A DNA stretch of 64,000 nucleotides from Balanoglossus misakiensis. Its lineage: Eukaryota; Animalia; Hemichordata. The stretch lies in the NCBI GenBank assembly GCA_040954595.2, contig CM082596.2:2904656-2968655 (forward strand), in the 5' to 3' direction. Below the pieces are notes generated by a model. The model saw only the letters and a list, made by a program, of their open reading frames with translations. It was not told the origin of the DNA and did not search any database. Shown here in pieces: positions 14,855 to 27,065 of this stretch. The position numbers and the translations under genes were made by a program. The number at the start of each line of letters is the position of its first letter. Positions within the stretch are counted from its first letter, which is position 1.

Positions 14855-17800
14855 TTACCCAAAATGGAACTCAAATCCACCTGCATGACCTGGGAAACCA
14901 CCACCCCCGCCACCAAAATTGAAATGATGGCCTCCCCCACCTCCAAAGAAAGCTCTAAATATGTGATCAGCATCGAAATCTGAAAGACAAAATGTGACAG
15001 ATTTTCAGTTCAGAGACAAAATATATTCTTCAGAAATTTCCATCTGCTGGTAAATTTCTCAAATGCATTTTAAGTTCATGTTAAATGGACAAGGCAAACT
15101 AACAGATCACAAGAAAATGACATGAGATTTAACTGTAGTCAATCATCTCTGGCAACTTACCACTAAAGCCTGGGCCCTCATCATCAAGGTCTGCTCCACT
15201 GTCGTATCTCATCCGCTTTTTTGCATCCGACAGCACGCCATATGCTTCCCCCACTTCTTTGAATTTCTTTTCCTCTTCTTTGCGTTCCTCTGGCGACGCC
15301 GATGCATGTCGATCTTTTCATGAAAATGAGAAAAAAAATCATGAATAAACTATTTTGATAGGCAGGTTTGATATTTTGAGCTACTCCAAGTAAAACTCAA
15401 TGTATGTACTGATATCTATCAACAAAAACATCAATACATACCTGGATGGTGTATAAGTGCTCTTTTTCTGTAAGCTTTCTTTATTTCATCATCTGTCGCT
15501 TCTTTTCCGACTCCCAGTATCTTGTAGTAATCTTTCCTTTTACTCTTTTTTAATTCTAATTTTGCATCCTGTAGCATCTTTTTGTGCTCTGCAAAGAAAG
15601 TACATGACAATGATATTCAAAACTTTCAGTGGTCTTCCCCAATGAATTGTACTGGAGTTTCTTTGTCAAATCAAAGTTCCGAGACAGACTAGGTCCCTGT
15701 TTTGAATTCCACACCTTATTTCATAAATCTGCTCACCTCTACTTCTGTCAAGTTGAACAATTTTTTCATAATCCCGCACTGCTTCTTCATACTGTTCCGT
15801 GTCCATGTAACTACGCAAATGATAAATAGTGAAAGTGAATTTATGATGCAATTCCATTACAGTGTTGACCCTACTGAAACTTTTCTCTGTAATTATGTCA
15901 AAGCATCTGACACTTACCACTTTGCCCTCCGGAGGTATGCTTTGATATATTTCTCGTCTAGTTCAATCGCGCTTGTGCAATCACTGATGGCGTCTTCCAA
16001 TTTGTTAAGCTGAAACAGGAAACCAACATTGTGATTAGGTAGACGTCTCTAAGTACAGGAAGTTTATCATTCATAAATGTGAACTGGCCTCCCTCTCCAG
16101 AATATCTCCTCGACCCCACCCATAATTCCCAATGTCTTATCCTGTCAGATTTTGTATACCCTGGGAAAGTACTGGAAACCCATCTTCCAACATTCAAAAG
16201 TGCTCACCTTAGCACAGACTGTTGCTCTGTTGTTATAGAGTTTAGCATTTATAAAAATATTGTGTGGATCAATCTGTAAAGCCTCTGTGTAAATCTCACG
16301 GGCTTTTGCAAAATCTCGTTGGTTGAACGCTGCATTGCCTTCTTCTTTCTTGGCTTTTAATAATTTACATTTCTGGTCATGGAAATAAGAGAGAAAATGA
16401 TTGTAAGTTTAAATTAAGCATCACAAACAAAGTAATGTTATGTTTAACCCCTTTAAACTGGCATGGAAGAAAGTAACAGTCAAAAGAACAACCAACTCAA
16501 TTCTTGTGTGTTCAGATATCAAAGTACATCATGTAACAGACATCACGTTTTCAGAACTCACCTTGAATGACACCCTAGATGGCGTGTGATCCGGTGATAA
16601 CCTGAGTACTTGTTGGAAATGTTGCAGTGCTTTATCTACGTTGTCTTCATAGTATAGACACAGTCCACGGATGTAAATGGCATCTGCGTTCATATTGTCA
16701 GACTGCAGTAATTCACTGTAGATTAGAAGCCGTTCAAATTATACAATGCTGTTTTGGTGTCACTGTAGGTTATCGAATTTCGTCAGTTCAAATCTTTCTG
16801 CTTATTAATACCTGTGTAAAGGTATACCTATTACATGAAAGCTTATGGTTTCTGTTTACTGTACACATCTTCAGTACAGCACTACTTTCCTCAGTTCCCT
16901 CTGACAAGATGGTGTTTAGCATTTCTCCCACTTTGGCGAGAGCTGGCCTTGGTCTCTTTCTTACTGTTCAATCAATCCACTTACTTGGCTATTTCTTGTG
17001 CCTCTGTGTAACGTTTCAATAAAACTAAACACTCGGCCTTCCTTGCTTTGAACTTGGCACTGGCTGGTGCATTGTCTAAAGCTCTGTCCATGCAGAATAC
17101 CACCTGAAAGACAAACAAGTCATATAACCATGATAAGACACAATTCTCTAAAATCATGTCACCAAGAGAGACCAGTTATTAGGCTTGTTGATATTCTGGA
17201 ATCTGTGCTTACCTTTCTATAATCACCTATTGCGTGACTTTTATTGGCCATTTCCAGGTAATGAAGCACGCTCTTGGCAGCTTTCAGCTGTAAGCAAATA
17301 TAAGCAACACATTTGTGATGTACTGTAGTCAACCCGACATTACAGTCAAGCTTCATTTTTATGGCACAGTCAAACATGAACCTGTGAAGTCAGTTAAAAT
17401 TATAATGTTAACTTACCTCTGTGCTTGCCGTTTTATTTGAGGGATCTTTCGCTATCACAGTCTCTAATGATCGTATGGCTGGCTCTGCCTCACCTAGGGC
17501 AAGATTGCACTTGGCCTCCCTCAGATGACCCTGCAATGGAACAATTTCAGCACGACCTTGCTTTGTAAATGAACATATATATATCACAAGATGGCTGGGA
17601 TAACTTTTTCACTGATACAAGCAAAACTCAAAAACTCTCAACATGATCCCATACATATTGATGAGTCATGTTCATCTTGAACCAAACTAATGAAAACAAA
17701 TTTCCGGAGTGTTACCTTTAAAAATGTACTATCTAAAAGAACTGCCTGTCTGGCATCTTCAAGCCCTTCTTCATACTTTTTTAACATAATGTATGCCGCT

Positions 17801-18679
17801 GCTCTGTTGCCATAGTAACTGGCACAATTTGGACAAGAATCTGGGGAAAAACAACAGCAAACATATGTACATCTTAATTTACACAACGCAGAGCAATGTC
17901 CAGATCTGTCATGTGATTGAACCTAGTATAGGAGGTTCACAACTTTCGTCTATATGAAAGAATTTTAATTCTGTTATTGTAACACGTCAAACTTAATCAA
18001 AGAACAAAGTTCGTATTGCTGTTGAAATTATCTTATAATTCAAGTCAATCATAATTGTCAAAACCCCTGTGTGTTGTAGGTGTGTACTTTTTTACATGCT
18101 CACCTATTGCTGCTGTATAGTGCTTTATAGCCTCTCTGTAATTCTGGTCTGCGTAACACATATTGCCTTCTTTCTTTTTAGTTTCCGCATACCTGTTTGC
18201 ATACAAAAACCATGAAGAACATATTCAAGGACGTGTCTAAATTCCGCGAACCCACACATCATCGCGCGTGCTTGGGCAGCTTCCCTCGACTTTAAAACAT
18301 AAGTAATATTGCCAATCGAGTGTGAATCGCACCATCACAATGCGTTGAGCTTTATAATATGGTTCGGTGTTCACAGAGCTGACGATATCCACCATATTAC
18401 AAAATGATTATTACGTTTTCGTTTCAGATCTGTAATGATCACTTTGGTTGTTTCTGATCTCAACTCACATGCCGGTCTCCCGGAATGTCATTCTGATATT
18501 ACACCGCGTTTTACGAGAAACATCGGTAAAAATCAACTGAAATATAAAACTAACTCTGTTTTTGTAGGAGAAGTGTGGTTTTTGATAATCTCCTCTTTGG
18601 TCTCCACCTCCATGGGTTCTTCTTCAATCTGGTTGTTCATTTCTTCTGTTACAAACTCGTCGCAATCGACATTCGCCAT
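14855..18679 (-). CDS. DNAJC7: DnaJ homolog subfamily C member 7 (TPR2 co-chaperone), 13 coding exons, 518 aa
   Basis: Exons (-): 18555-18679, 18104-18192, 17716-17840, 17417-17530, 17213-17287, 16985-17103, 16562-16715, 16208-16372, 15918-16009, 15737-15810, 15442-15588, 15161-15313, 14855-14979. Total 1557 nt in frame, all GT-AG. TPR repeats ([36 protein letters not shown]), a C-terminal J domain (KDYYKILGV...HHPDRH...KFKEVGEAY) and a G/F-rich tail. Confidence 0.96.
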
Positions 18680-18699
18680 ATTGAATCGCCGGGAGAAGT

Positions 18700-18830
18700 G
18701 TGACTCACGTGTGATTCTGCGGTAATCTCGCAGTAGAAGCTTCCAGACTATTGGTCACGTGGGAACTAACATTTTTAAGGTAGACGCAAACTGCTCGTTA
18801 CCAATAAGATTACTTCATGACGTATCTGTT
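18700..18830 (-). promoter_or_regulatory. DNAJC7 proximal promoter: heat-shock element, E-boxes, CCAAT
   Basis: aGAAgcTTCcaGAc at ~18735-18749, CACGTG twice, and ATTGG/CCAAT, all within 150 bp of the ATG. Confidence 0.5.
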
Positions 18831-19497
18831 ATGTTATGGGTTTTGTTAACCAGTGATTTAAAAACATTACAAGGAACAGTCTTTCTTCATTTAACATTAT
18901 CGTAAAACAGAGTCTGGAAAGAGGCTGATTTCATAAAAACAAAGGATTTGTACTTTTGAACGTTGGGGATATATTGATTGTCGTCACAGGCAACTCACGC
19001 AGAGCTTGTGGGCTTTAATAGGCTTACGCCCCCGTAACCACCTGTGCTGTTAGTGTGAAAACCCACTTGATTTGTGTTTTCAACGGAGGTAAATAAGACG
19101 CTCTATTATTTTGCATACTAATATAGCTTTCAGTTTATGTTTCCGACTTTGTATGTCGACGAACAGATGTTGTTGAGATCACACTTGCTGAACTCCACTC
19201 AGACAGTTTTCTGACAATAGACACAGACAGTGGTGTATAAATATCACGTTTATTTATAATAATGCCAAAGAACCGGACTATAATTCGTTTGTAAACAATG
19301 ATCGTTACACATAAAATTATCTTTTAAAAGCAGAATACTTGTTGTACGCGTGGAATCTTCCAGTAAAATAAAATAAAACATGACCGTTTCCCACAATTAT
19401 AGAAAACAATACACAGGTTACTGACAACAAAAAACATTCAGAATATTGAAGTTATCATTCTCGTGCCTTTTAGCAGTAAAGGGGGAAATAGCTTTAT

Positions 19498-20607
19498 TTA
19501 AAATTTAAAGTTTTTGTTTTCCATCTGCACAAGTGCAGTTGCGTCGTTTGTTTTCGGTCCGCATCGCCCTTTTCTCCAAAGAACCACCCAGACCACGCAG
19601 GTCAGTATGGTGGCGAGTATGGCGCCCCCAATGGCGGCACCCATCATGTTGGACAGCGTGTATTTCGGAGAGGGTTGCGGTTGTGAAGCTGATGCCTCGA
19701 AATCGTCGGCTTCGCCGCAGAGAAGTTGAGAATCGTTTATATGCCACAAATTCTGACCTTGCAAACGAGATGGAGTGTCGCAATAAAACGTGTCGAATAA
19801 TAATCTCGGGTGAGTCGGCCAAATCTTCTTGATAGCAATCATGTTGCAGTCACACCGCCAAGGATTGTTTCCGATCGTTACAAGCGCCGATGGATAGTTG
19901 TTCAGAAAACGCACCATCGAAACAGGGAATGTCGTCAACTTGTTGCCGAATAACCCCAGGCGATTTATCCACACGGTGTCCGCGAACACATCGGCCGTCA
20001 CTTTCTGGAGTTGGTTGTAATTCATGTGCAACGCTGACAAGTTTTCCAGTGGCTTCAGGGGAGGAAACTCCGTGAATTTGTTGTAATCTAAGTACAGGGC
20101 GAAGAGATTGTGAAGACCGTAAAAGATTCCTTCGGGAAGAGAGACCAGTTCGTTGCCAGTGAGCGACAAAATAGTCAAGCTGGTCATTCCGCGAAACGCC
20201 GTCTCGTTGATCTGCTTGATGCCGCAGTAGGTGAGGTCAAGTTCGGCGACTTTGGTGAACTCCCGAAAAGCTCCGGCGGGGATGGAGTCGAAGCGATTGT
20301 GCGACAGAAGTAGACGGGTGGCGTTGGTCAGAATCGCCGGTGGGATCTGCTTCTCGAACCGCCTGCTTCTGCAGTCCACCTCTAGCATGTGATAGCGCCC
20401 GAACTGGATCAGTTGCTCGTACGGCATAGTTGCGTTCAAGACGATGGACATCTCCGGGTCGTCGCCGTCCGCGCCGTCCGGAACCCAGAAGCGATCCACG
20501 CAACGGCAACCGTATTCACAGGGAATCACGTAAGACGCATCTCTCGCCTGTACCTCCGTCACCACTGCAGTAACCACCAGTACAAGTGCTGCAAGTTTCA
20601 CCATCAT
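19498..20607 (-). CDS. Leucine-rich-repeat single-pass membrane protein (signal peptide-LRRNT-~6 LRR-LRRCT-TM-short tail), 369 aa, single coding exon
   Basis: ATG at 20607 follows a splice acceptor at 20619-20620. Signal peptide MMVKLAALVLVVTAVVTEVQA; LRRNT CEYGCRC...VDC; LxxLxLxxN repeats; LRRCT NPWRCDC...FYCDTP...LLC; TM MGAAIGGAILATILTCVVWVVLW; no TIR domain. Probable 5' UTR exons end at donors near 20688 and 21001. Confidence 0.9.
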   Translation of the reverse strand: MMVKLAALVLVVTAVVTEVQARDASYVIPCEYGCRCVDRFWVPDGADGDDPEMSIVLNATMPYEQLIQFGRYHMLEVDCRSRRFEKQIPPAILTNATRLLLSHNRFDSIPAGAFREFTKVAELDLTYCGIKQINETAFRGMTSLTILSLTGNELVSLPEGIFYGLHNLFALYLDYNKFTEFPPLKPLENLSALHMNYNQLQKVTADVFADTVWINRLGLFGNKLTTFPVSMVRFLNNYPSALVTIGNNPWRCDCNMIAIKKIWPTHPRLLFDTFYCDTPSRLQGQNLWHINDSQLLCGEADDFEASASQPQPSPKYTLSNMMGAAIGGAILATILTCVVWVVLWRKGRCGPKTNDATALVQMENKNFKF

Positions 20608-23600
20608 GTATTCAAATCCTGAAGAAAAACAACACAAAGGAAATCGTCACCTTTAACACCCTATTGAAAACCGATAAAAAAACTCACCATGACAAATGTA
20701 GTTATGGGACTGTTATCGTGGCAAATAGAAATATCACGCACCATCGAGAGAAAATAAGACTGGATTATGTCAGCGTTCTGCTTGCCAACATAGCCTGTAG
20801 GTGTGTCACGACTACTGGAAGAAAAATAGCCCTTAATTAACCCTGCCAATGTCAGTCAATGTGTTCTTCTTCACAAAATCAACCTTATAACTTTTATCAT
20901 ACTTTCCCCAAAATTTTTAAAAGTGTTCATTAACAATGATACTGTGGAAGAAAGGTCTTGTTTCTTCAGGCCGTAACTAACTCACTCACTCGTCATTTAC
21001 CTTTCGACTGAGATCAATGGTGTCTTGTGAACGAACAACGGCTAGGCAGTGCTCCAACACTTACAAGCTGAAAGGAGAAACTGTTGTTGGCAGATCCGTA
21101 TATGCGAGTATACGCCGTTGGAGTATAGAGGATTGTGTTTCCTCGTCACGCAACGCTATCGCCAATCTCCGGCCTTCGAAATCTGTCGACAGTTACCAAC
21201 TGCGCCACGCAAGATTGCCAAAGACTGCACAAGGTGACATTGAACCCTGCAACGGGTGTGAGGTCGCGCAGCACACCGGTTTTGGCAGCTGCAAAAGTCC
21301 CAGGCGCCTGACTCTCGGTGAAGTAACCCCGAGTAACAGCGAAGGCAGGTTTTATTATTTTGAACGCAAGTCGGCGAGCAGTGGATCGGACCATTTTCGG
21401 TAGATGGGGGTGAGGAACCCTGGAATGATACAGATGACAAATCATCTGACGACATTAACTCCTAATTGAATACGTTAGTTAATAGGCTTGATTCATCAAC
21501 ACATTGACTTTGATTGCGGATCGAAACCCCGAAGAACGATGAAAGCCTCTAGCGTGTCCTGATTAAGAAGTTGAACGGGAATCGCTATTTTGGTGCCATT
21601 TTAATTAAAACGACAATTTTCTTTAACACTATACATTCGAGGCAGTTAGACTCTGATTCGGAGTTATAAGCCTAGGTGACAAGAGATTTCCGCAGTTGAA
21701 AAACTTACATTTAACAGATGTGGCGAATGGTTTGCGCTCTTTTCTTTTCTCAATCATGTGATTCACACGGGGGTCAGCCATATAGCACAATCCCTCAAGC
21801 GGAAAAACGACATATGTTTTCAAAACGTCCATCTCATGATCAAAGGTTTTCCGCTTTCCCTGGTCCACGGGTCAGACCATTTGAAACATTCCAACTTTGC
21901 GTTGGTGACAAGTCAAGCGTGGCACGTATATAATTAGGTCTGTCGACCCGGAGGAGACGTTAGGCAGAAATCATCGAGTAAGTGTTATGTTCTTGAGCGG
22001 AGGAACAAGAAACCAAACATACCTATCGAAAATGCAAATGGAGAGCTCCGACTTGTAACCGAGAATGTCCGCCAGCTTTGTTTGTGTCACTAACCAGTAC
22101 CATTTTGTGCGCAATTCTACTTTTTGCGTTGTCGACTCTAAATTGCTAACCAGACATCTTCTATACTAGCCGTTCGTCAGATTTGTTCAAATGTGACGAG
22201 GGATGGAAACTTTTAGTTCGAGAGCAATTTTTGCTCTAACGTAACGCAAGAATTACCTGTCCGCCCAGAATCTTGTGTGACAGGGTTTTATAATTGTTAA
22301 AAATCCGCAGTTTTGTTTGTTTTGGGGCAACTTTTGAATTTATGGGTCTAAAAGCCCATTCCATAAACTGCAAGTCTAATAGCATTGAGATATGATACGC
22401 GCCTTTCATAGTTCAAACAGCTGTAATATTTTCCCACAGTTTCGGTTCTGGGTAGACCTATTTATGTGATGCAGTTGAATTGTGTGCAAGATGAACATGA
22501 TGCGAAATCGCTCCGGTGTCCGTACCATTTTATTGCTCAGCAGAGGGTATTACAACCTGACGTCTTGCTATTAAACTGTGGTAATTTCTTCTTCTTATCT
22601 GTCTCACAACAGGCTATAGCCTCATTCCCAACTCCCCATATCAATCATTTCACTACTTATAGGCGCCTGAGCTTCCCTGGTCGCTCGGTAAGAGACTCTT
22701 CTGATCCTATCCTCTCAGTAACCCAGGTTTCGCTGTAAGTTCTCCGCATGCTCAGTCCTGTCAGTTCACAAACTGCCCTAGGGAAGTGTCCCGCTTTGCG
22801 CACGATACGATTCTCGTGAACCATTTATTCGAATTTTACGACTAAAGCAATATTTCTAAAGATTCACTTTTGAACACTTTTGTAAATATTTGGGGTACCG
22901 ATCGTCCTTCCCCCCTCCCCCACTGCTTTGAAGAAACTGTAGCTTCATTGGTTTGCGTCATCACACACGTTTTCGGCTGATTTATTTCAATGTCATTCCA
23001 AACAACCAATTTAGTCGTAGATTGTAATGAGGTTTTCACTGTCAAAATAAACCGGCTCTTGCAAATCATCACACATCATTCGGCCCGAGGCGAATTGGAC
23101 AGAGATGTAACACGGTGCCTCTAAACCATTGCAAATCTGTCACTTATAATTCCAATCTTCAGCCCCAGGCCATCTTGGAAAAGATGCAACATTCTTTGCT
23201 AATTACTTTACTAATAATTTAATTAATTTAACACTTACAAAGATTAGTCTATAGGTTCCGAATTTGACAGAGAAGTCCAGTGAAATAGAATAGGACCCGT
23301 AAAAATGCTGTGTGCGTATGTAGTACACAGTAACTGGCGTTATTTGAGCCAGTTGTATTTTTATATTTCAACCTTCAATCCGTAGAAGTGGAGTCAGATT
23401 ACAAACGCTTCTGTCACCGTTTGTCTGTGTGAGAGACACAACCCTTTTATGACAGTAATACTGTCAGTATGGATATGAGAAACTTAAAAAAGATAACGCT
23501 GTGTACAAGCCGCTTGAATCTTGTCCATGGCGTTTTCCACAGCGAAGTTATAAAACTGGGATAATATGTCCACATTATTGGCAGAGGTGTTGTCGATATA

Positions 23601-26316
23601 GGAGGGGTTATGCTGAGTCTTTCTGCCTAAAGAACTTGAAAGTCGACAACCACCCGGGGCATAAGGCAGCGGAATCTTGCATTGATCCGTTGAGATCAGG
23701 TGTTTCGGAGCTACAGGGCTACGAAAACCTCTTACTCGGGAGTAGGTCAGGCAAGAGAAGGTCGACAACCCGCAGTGTGTGGTTTGACCGCCGATCCAAT
23801 TCATCAACGCAAAGACCTTTTAGTGTAACCCGTTGTGAAAAGGTCGAAGCGCGGGTTATCTCCGTCGTCGAGAGACCCACTAACGGATCCAGTGCCTGTC
23901 GGAGTTGGTTTATTCACGTTTCCGTTCTAACAATTTGATTTAGATTAAATGCAGCTATCTAGACAAGTTTGGACACAGAAGAGAAAACAGACCATCGTTA
24001 CGGATGCGCTGTCAATCAACAATGGAGCATTTAACTGCCAAGAGAAATGCCTCGTTTGAGAGAGTTTATGTGATCACTAGCCTACTTTACACAGTAACAC
24101 TTCCCTGCTTACCGCTGACTGTGTGCACATATATCTCCTGTGAACTGCTCTGGGTATTAGCAGCCAAATATGTCAAATTTGCATTTGGCCCAAGTTCATA
24201 GTTAAACGTTGTCATGGAGGAAAATCATCTATGCTCCTCGAAAAGAGAGAAATCAACCCAAGGCTATGGGGGTCTACAGTTTACTTTTGTGGTAATTTTC
24301 AGGATTTTTGGTCGGATGATCTACTGCAGTTTCTTGTTGGACTCTCTGAAGCATCATACAAAATGGCCAGTATTGAGCTTATCAACACAACCGATATCTG
24401 CATGATATAACAGCAAGTATTGCTAGAGTAGAGAATGAATTCATGTCCGGACTAGAAATCAGCATGTGTGCTGAACGTTACGACACTTTCGCTTGAAATG
24501 ATGTCATGTAATGAAGTAGGGCATTTCGCTCTTCTGTCGAGGCTAGCTCAAAGTAGCCTTTCAAAGAACTGTCAAACCCCTTAACGCTGAATGCGCAAAA
24601 GGGTTTCTCGTTACACAGCCTATCCTACGTCTTGTTTTCATCCGGTATTGGGTTCGAACTAAGAGTGTTGGCTTTCTATACCCGGTTTCAGCGCTGGAGT
24701 ATGTTCTTTGCGGTTGACGTACACAGCTGTGCGCGGATTTTTCACGCTCCGCTAACCGACTAATTTGCCTTCAGTTATTTGGAACGGTTTCAATAGCGCA
24801 TACTTACCAAAGTGTTTAACACAGTTATGTAAAAACAAGTGTTTTTTTTTCTTTTCCCTTGAGCACCGTCTCACGATTAGTTAGGAACTTATGACTTGCA
24901 CTCAATTAATGACCTAAAACTCATTCATTCGTCAGAAGTAAGGAATTTGTCAAAAGTTAATACCATCGCCCCACAGGGAGTATTTGGAGCAGGTCTAATA
25001 GGAATTGGTGTGAAATTCAATTTCCTTAATGACGCGTCTTTTGACCAATTGTACGGATCCACCGGTCCTCTTATTAATTAAATGTTACTAATCGTAGATG
25101 TAATTTCCTGGGCAATGTATCGTTTGCGTGACTGGCGGAGTAATACTGGGATGCAAAGTGGTTAATCCTGAGCTCGAAAGAATGGTCTATTTCCTTGATT
25201 GAGAAGACAATCTGACATTTCTTTCTCTCTGTGTTGTCGTTTTACACCCCTATGATGATTTGGACAACCTGTCGTTTCAGACACAATTGTAAAACACACG
25301 AACTGCGTATCAAACTTTGGATTCACACAAGAAACTTTTCTCAGGGTTGCTGATTTTATCTGGCGTAGATTACCTGGGACTAGCGCACCGCATTTATCTG
25401 AGGTCATATGCATTACGTCTGTGACCGCATCAGTTTCACATGTGTATCGCGCAAAATAAACCTCGTCGTGCCCCCACTGAGAGAATGTGGAAACGTTTCA
25501 TCCTATCCGAAAATCGATGCATTAGTGTATTTGTGTCCCTAAATCGAACGGATAAACTACAATCCTCCGCTGAGTTCCTTCGATCTTGATATTATCGTGT
25601 ACTGGATAACAACAGTTTGAATGCATGTGGACATGCACGTAGTACCCATTATAGTCAATTATTAGCAAAATGTAGAATGCTTTGCAAATTGCTTCCCAAA
25701 TCATCTCATTACATAGTTCTGTTCCAAAGATCAAAATGTTGTTCATCGTTGTAGACAAAGCTAGCGCTGCGAACAGAGGAGCATATTTACAGAAAAGGTG
25801 GACTTTTCACTAAATTTTCACATTATAAGAGTTGTTTTTGTGCAGACGGACGCTCAACGCAGAAACTGCCAACGGTAATTTGCGGACAGACAGTCTATCA
25901 AAACGGAATTACATGAACATGTTATTCAATCATACGCAGTTAATGACGTTCAACGTACCTTTATCGACAATTGATTCCTTCCAAGGTTATGTGTGCCAAA
26001 TCGCATCTTTTTCCACCCGACTCACCCGGATGTCTGATATCAGATTAGAAATTGCATGTACTGTACTTCAGCTTTCAAGGAATCGCTTGAGAAATCGAGA
26101 TTATTTTTCGTGTGGATTATTGAAATATAGCTCATGAAAATCATCAAAAATGCCAATTTTTCGACTTTTAAAATTTTCAAAAATTCGTAACTTTTGATGA
26201 AAAATCATGGGTTATAGCTCATGAAATTCATCCAAAATTGACAATTTTTCGACTTTGCGAATTTTCAAAATTTCTTCAATTTAAAAACATGCGGTGGAAA
26301 TTATGGATCGAAATTA

Positions 26317-26371
26317 GGCTCGGTCTCATTATAGTTAGTTTTAATAATACTGACTATAATGAGACCGAGCC
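26317..26371. repeat. Inverted repeat / hairpin (23-bp arms, 22/23 match) embedded in the satellite's left flank
   Basis: GGCTCGGTCTCATTATAGTTAGT ... ACTGACTATAATGAGACCGAGCC, separated by a short AT-rich loop. Confidence 0.9.
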
Positions 26372-26441
26372 ATACTTATTTTTTTTTGAATTTTATGAGT
26401 TTGATCAACATATAATACTTTTGGGGTCTTGTGCTTCATCA

Positions 26442-26540
26442 ATCTCCCTGGGCCAGTGGCTAAGGTTTGGACTAATGAGTGAAGGACTGGGGTTCAAAAC
26501 CTGCCAATGTCTTCTCACTGAGTTTTGATCTTTTTTTTTT
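26442..26540 (+). other. Degenerate tRNA-derived (SINE-head-like) Pol III promoter cassette
   Basis: A-box-like TGGGCCAGTGG (26449-26459) and B-box GGTTCAAAACC (26491-26501) at tRNA-like spacing, a partial D-arm, and a T10 run at 26531-26540. Acceptor and anticodon stems pair poorly. Confidence 0.5.
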
Positions 26541-26640
26541 ACCCCTTTCACGTAGGGTGTAATGTTTATATACAAGTTCCAAGTTAGCAGTTCTCAACGA
26601 ACTTTGGTGATTTTGTCATTTTTGGGTATTTTTCATATGT

Positions 26641-27065
26641 TATAGCTCATGAAAATCATCCAAAAATGACAATTTTTCGACTTTGCAAATTTTCGGCATT
26701 TTTCGAAAAAATCATGGGTTATAGCTCATGAAAATCATCCAAAATGGCAATTTTTCGACTTTGAAAATTGTCGAAAATTTGTCACTTTTTCATGGGTTAT
26801 AGCGCATGAAAATCATCAAAAATGCCACTTTTTCGACTTTGAAAATTTTCAAAAATTCGTCACTTTTGATAAAAAATCATGGGTTATAGCTCATTAAAAT
26901 CATCAAAAAATGAAAATTTTTCGACTTAAATTTTTTTCAAAAATTCGTCACTTTTGATAAAAAATCACGAGTTATAGCTCATGAAAATCATCAAAAAATG
27001 CCGATTTTTCGACTTTGAAAATTTTCAAAAATTCGTCATTTTTGATGAAAAATCATGGGTTATAG
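26641..27065 (-). repeat. Diverged type-A-like satellite monomers, reverse orientation (~5 copies; two more at 26126-26280)
   Basis: TATAGCTCATGAAAATCATC...TTTTTCGACTTTG units with many substitutions. Confidence 0.9.

Noticed and set aside
19505-20622. Overlapping alternative-frame and antisense ORFs over the LRR gene (and similarly over ODAD2 and NR4A exons)
   Set aside because: Shadow ORFs of real GC-richer coding exons.
26442-26515. Functional tRNA gene
   Set aside because: A and B boxes are present, but the acceptor and anticodon stems do not pair convincingly. Kept only as a tRNA-derived relic.
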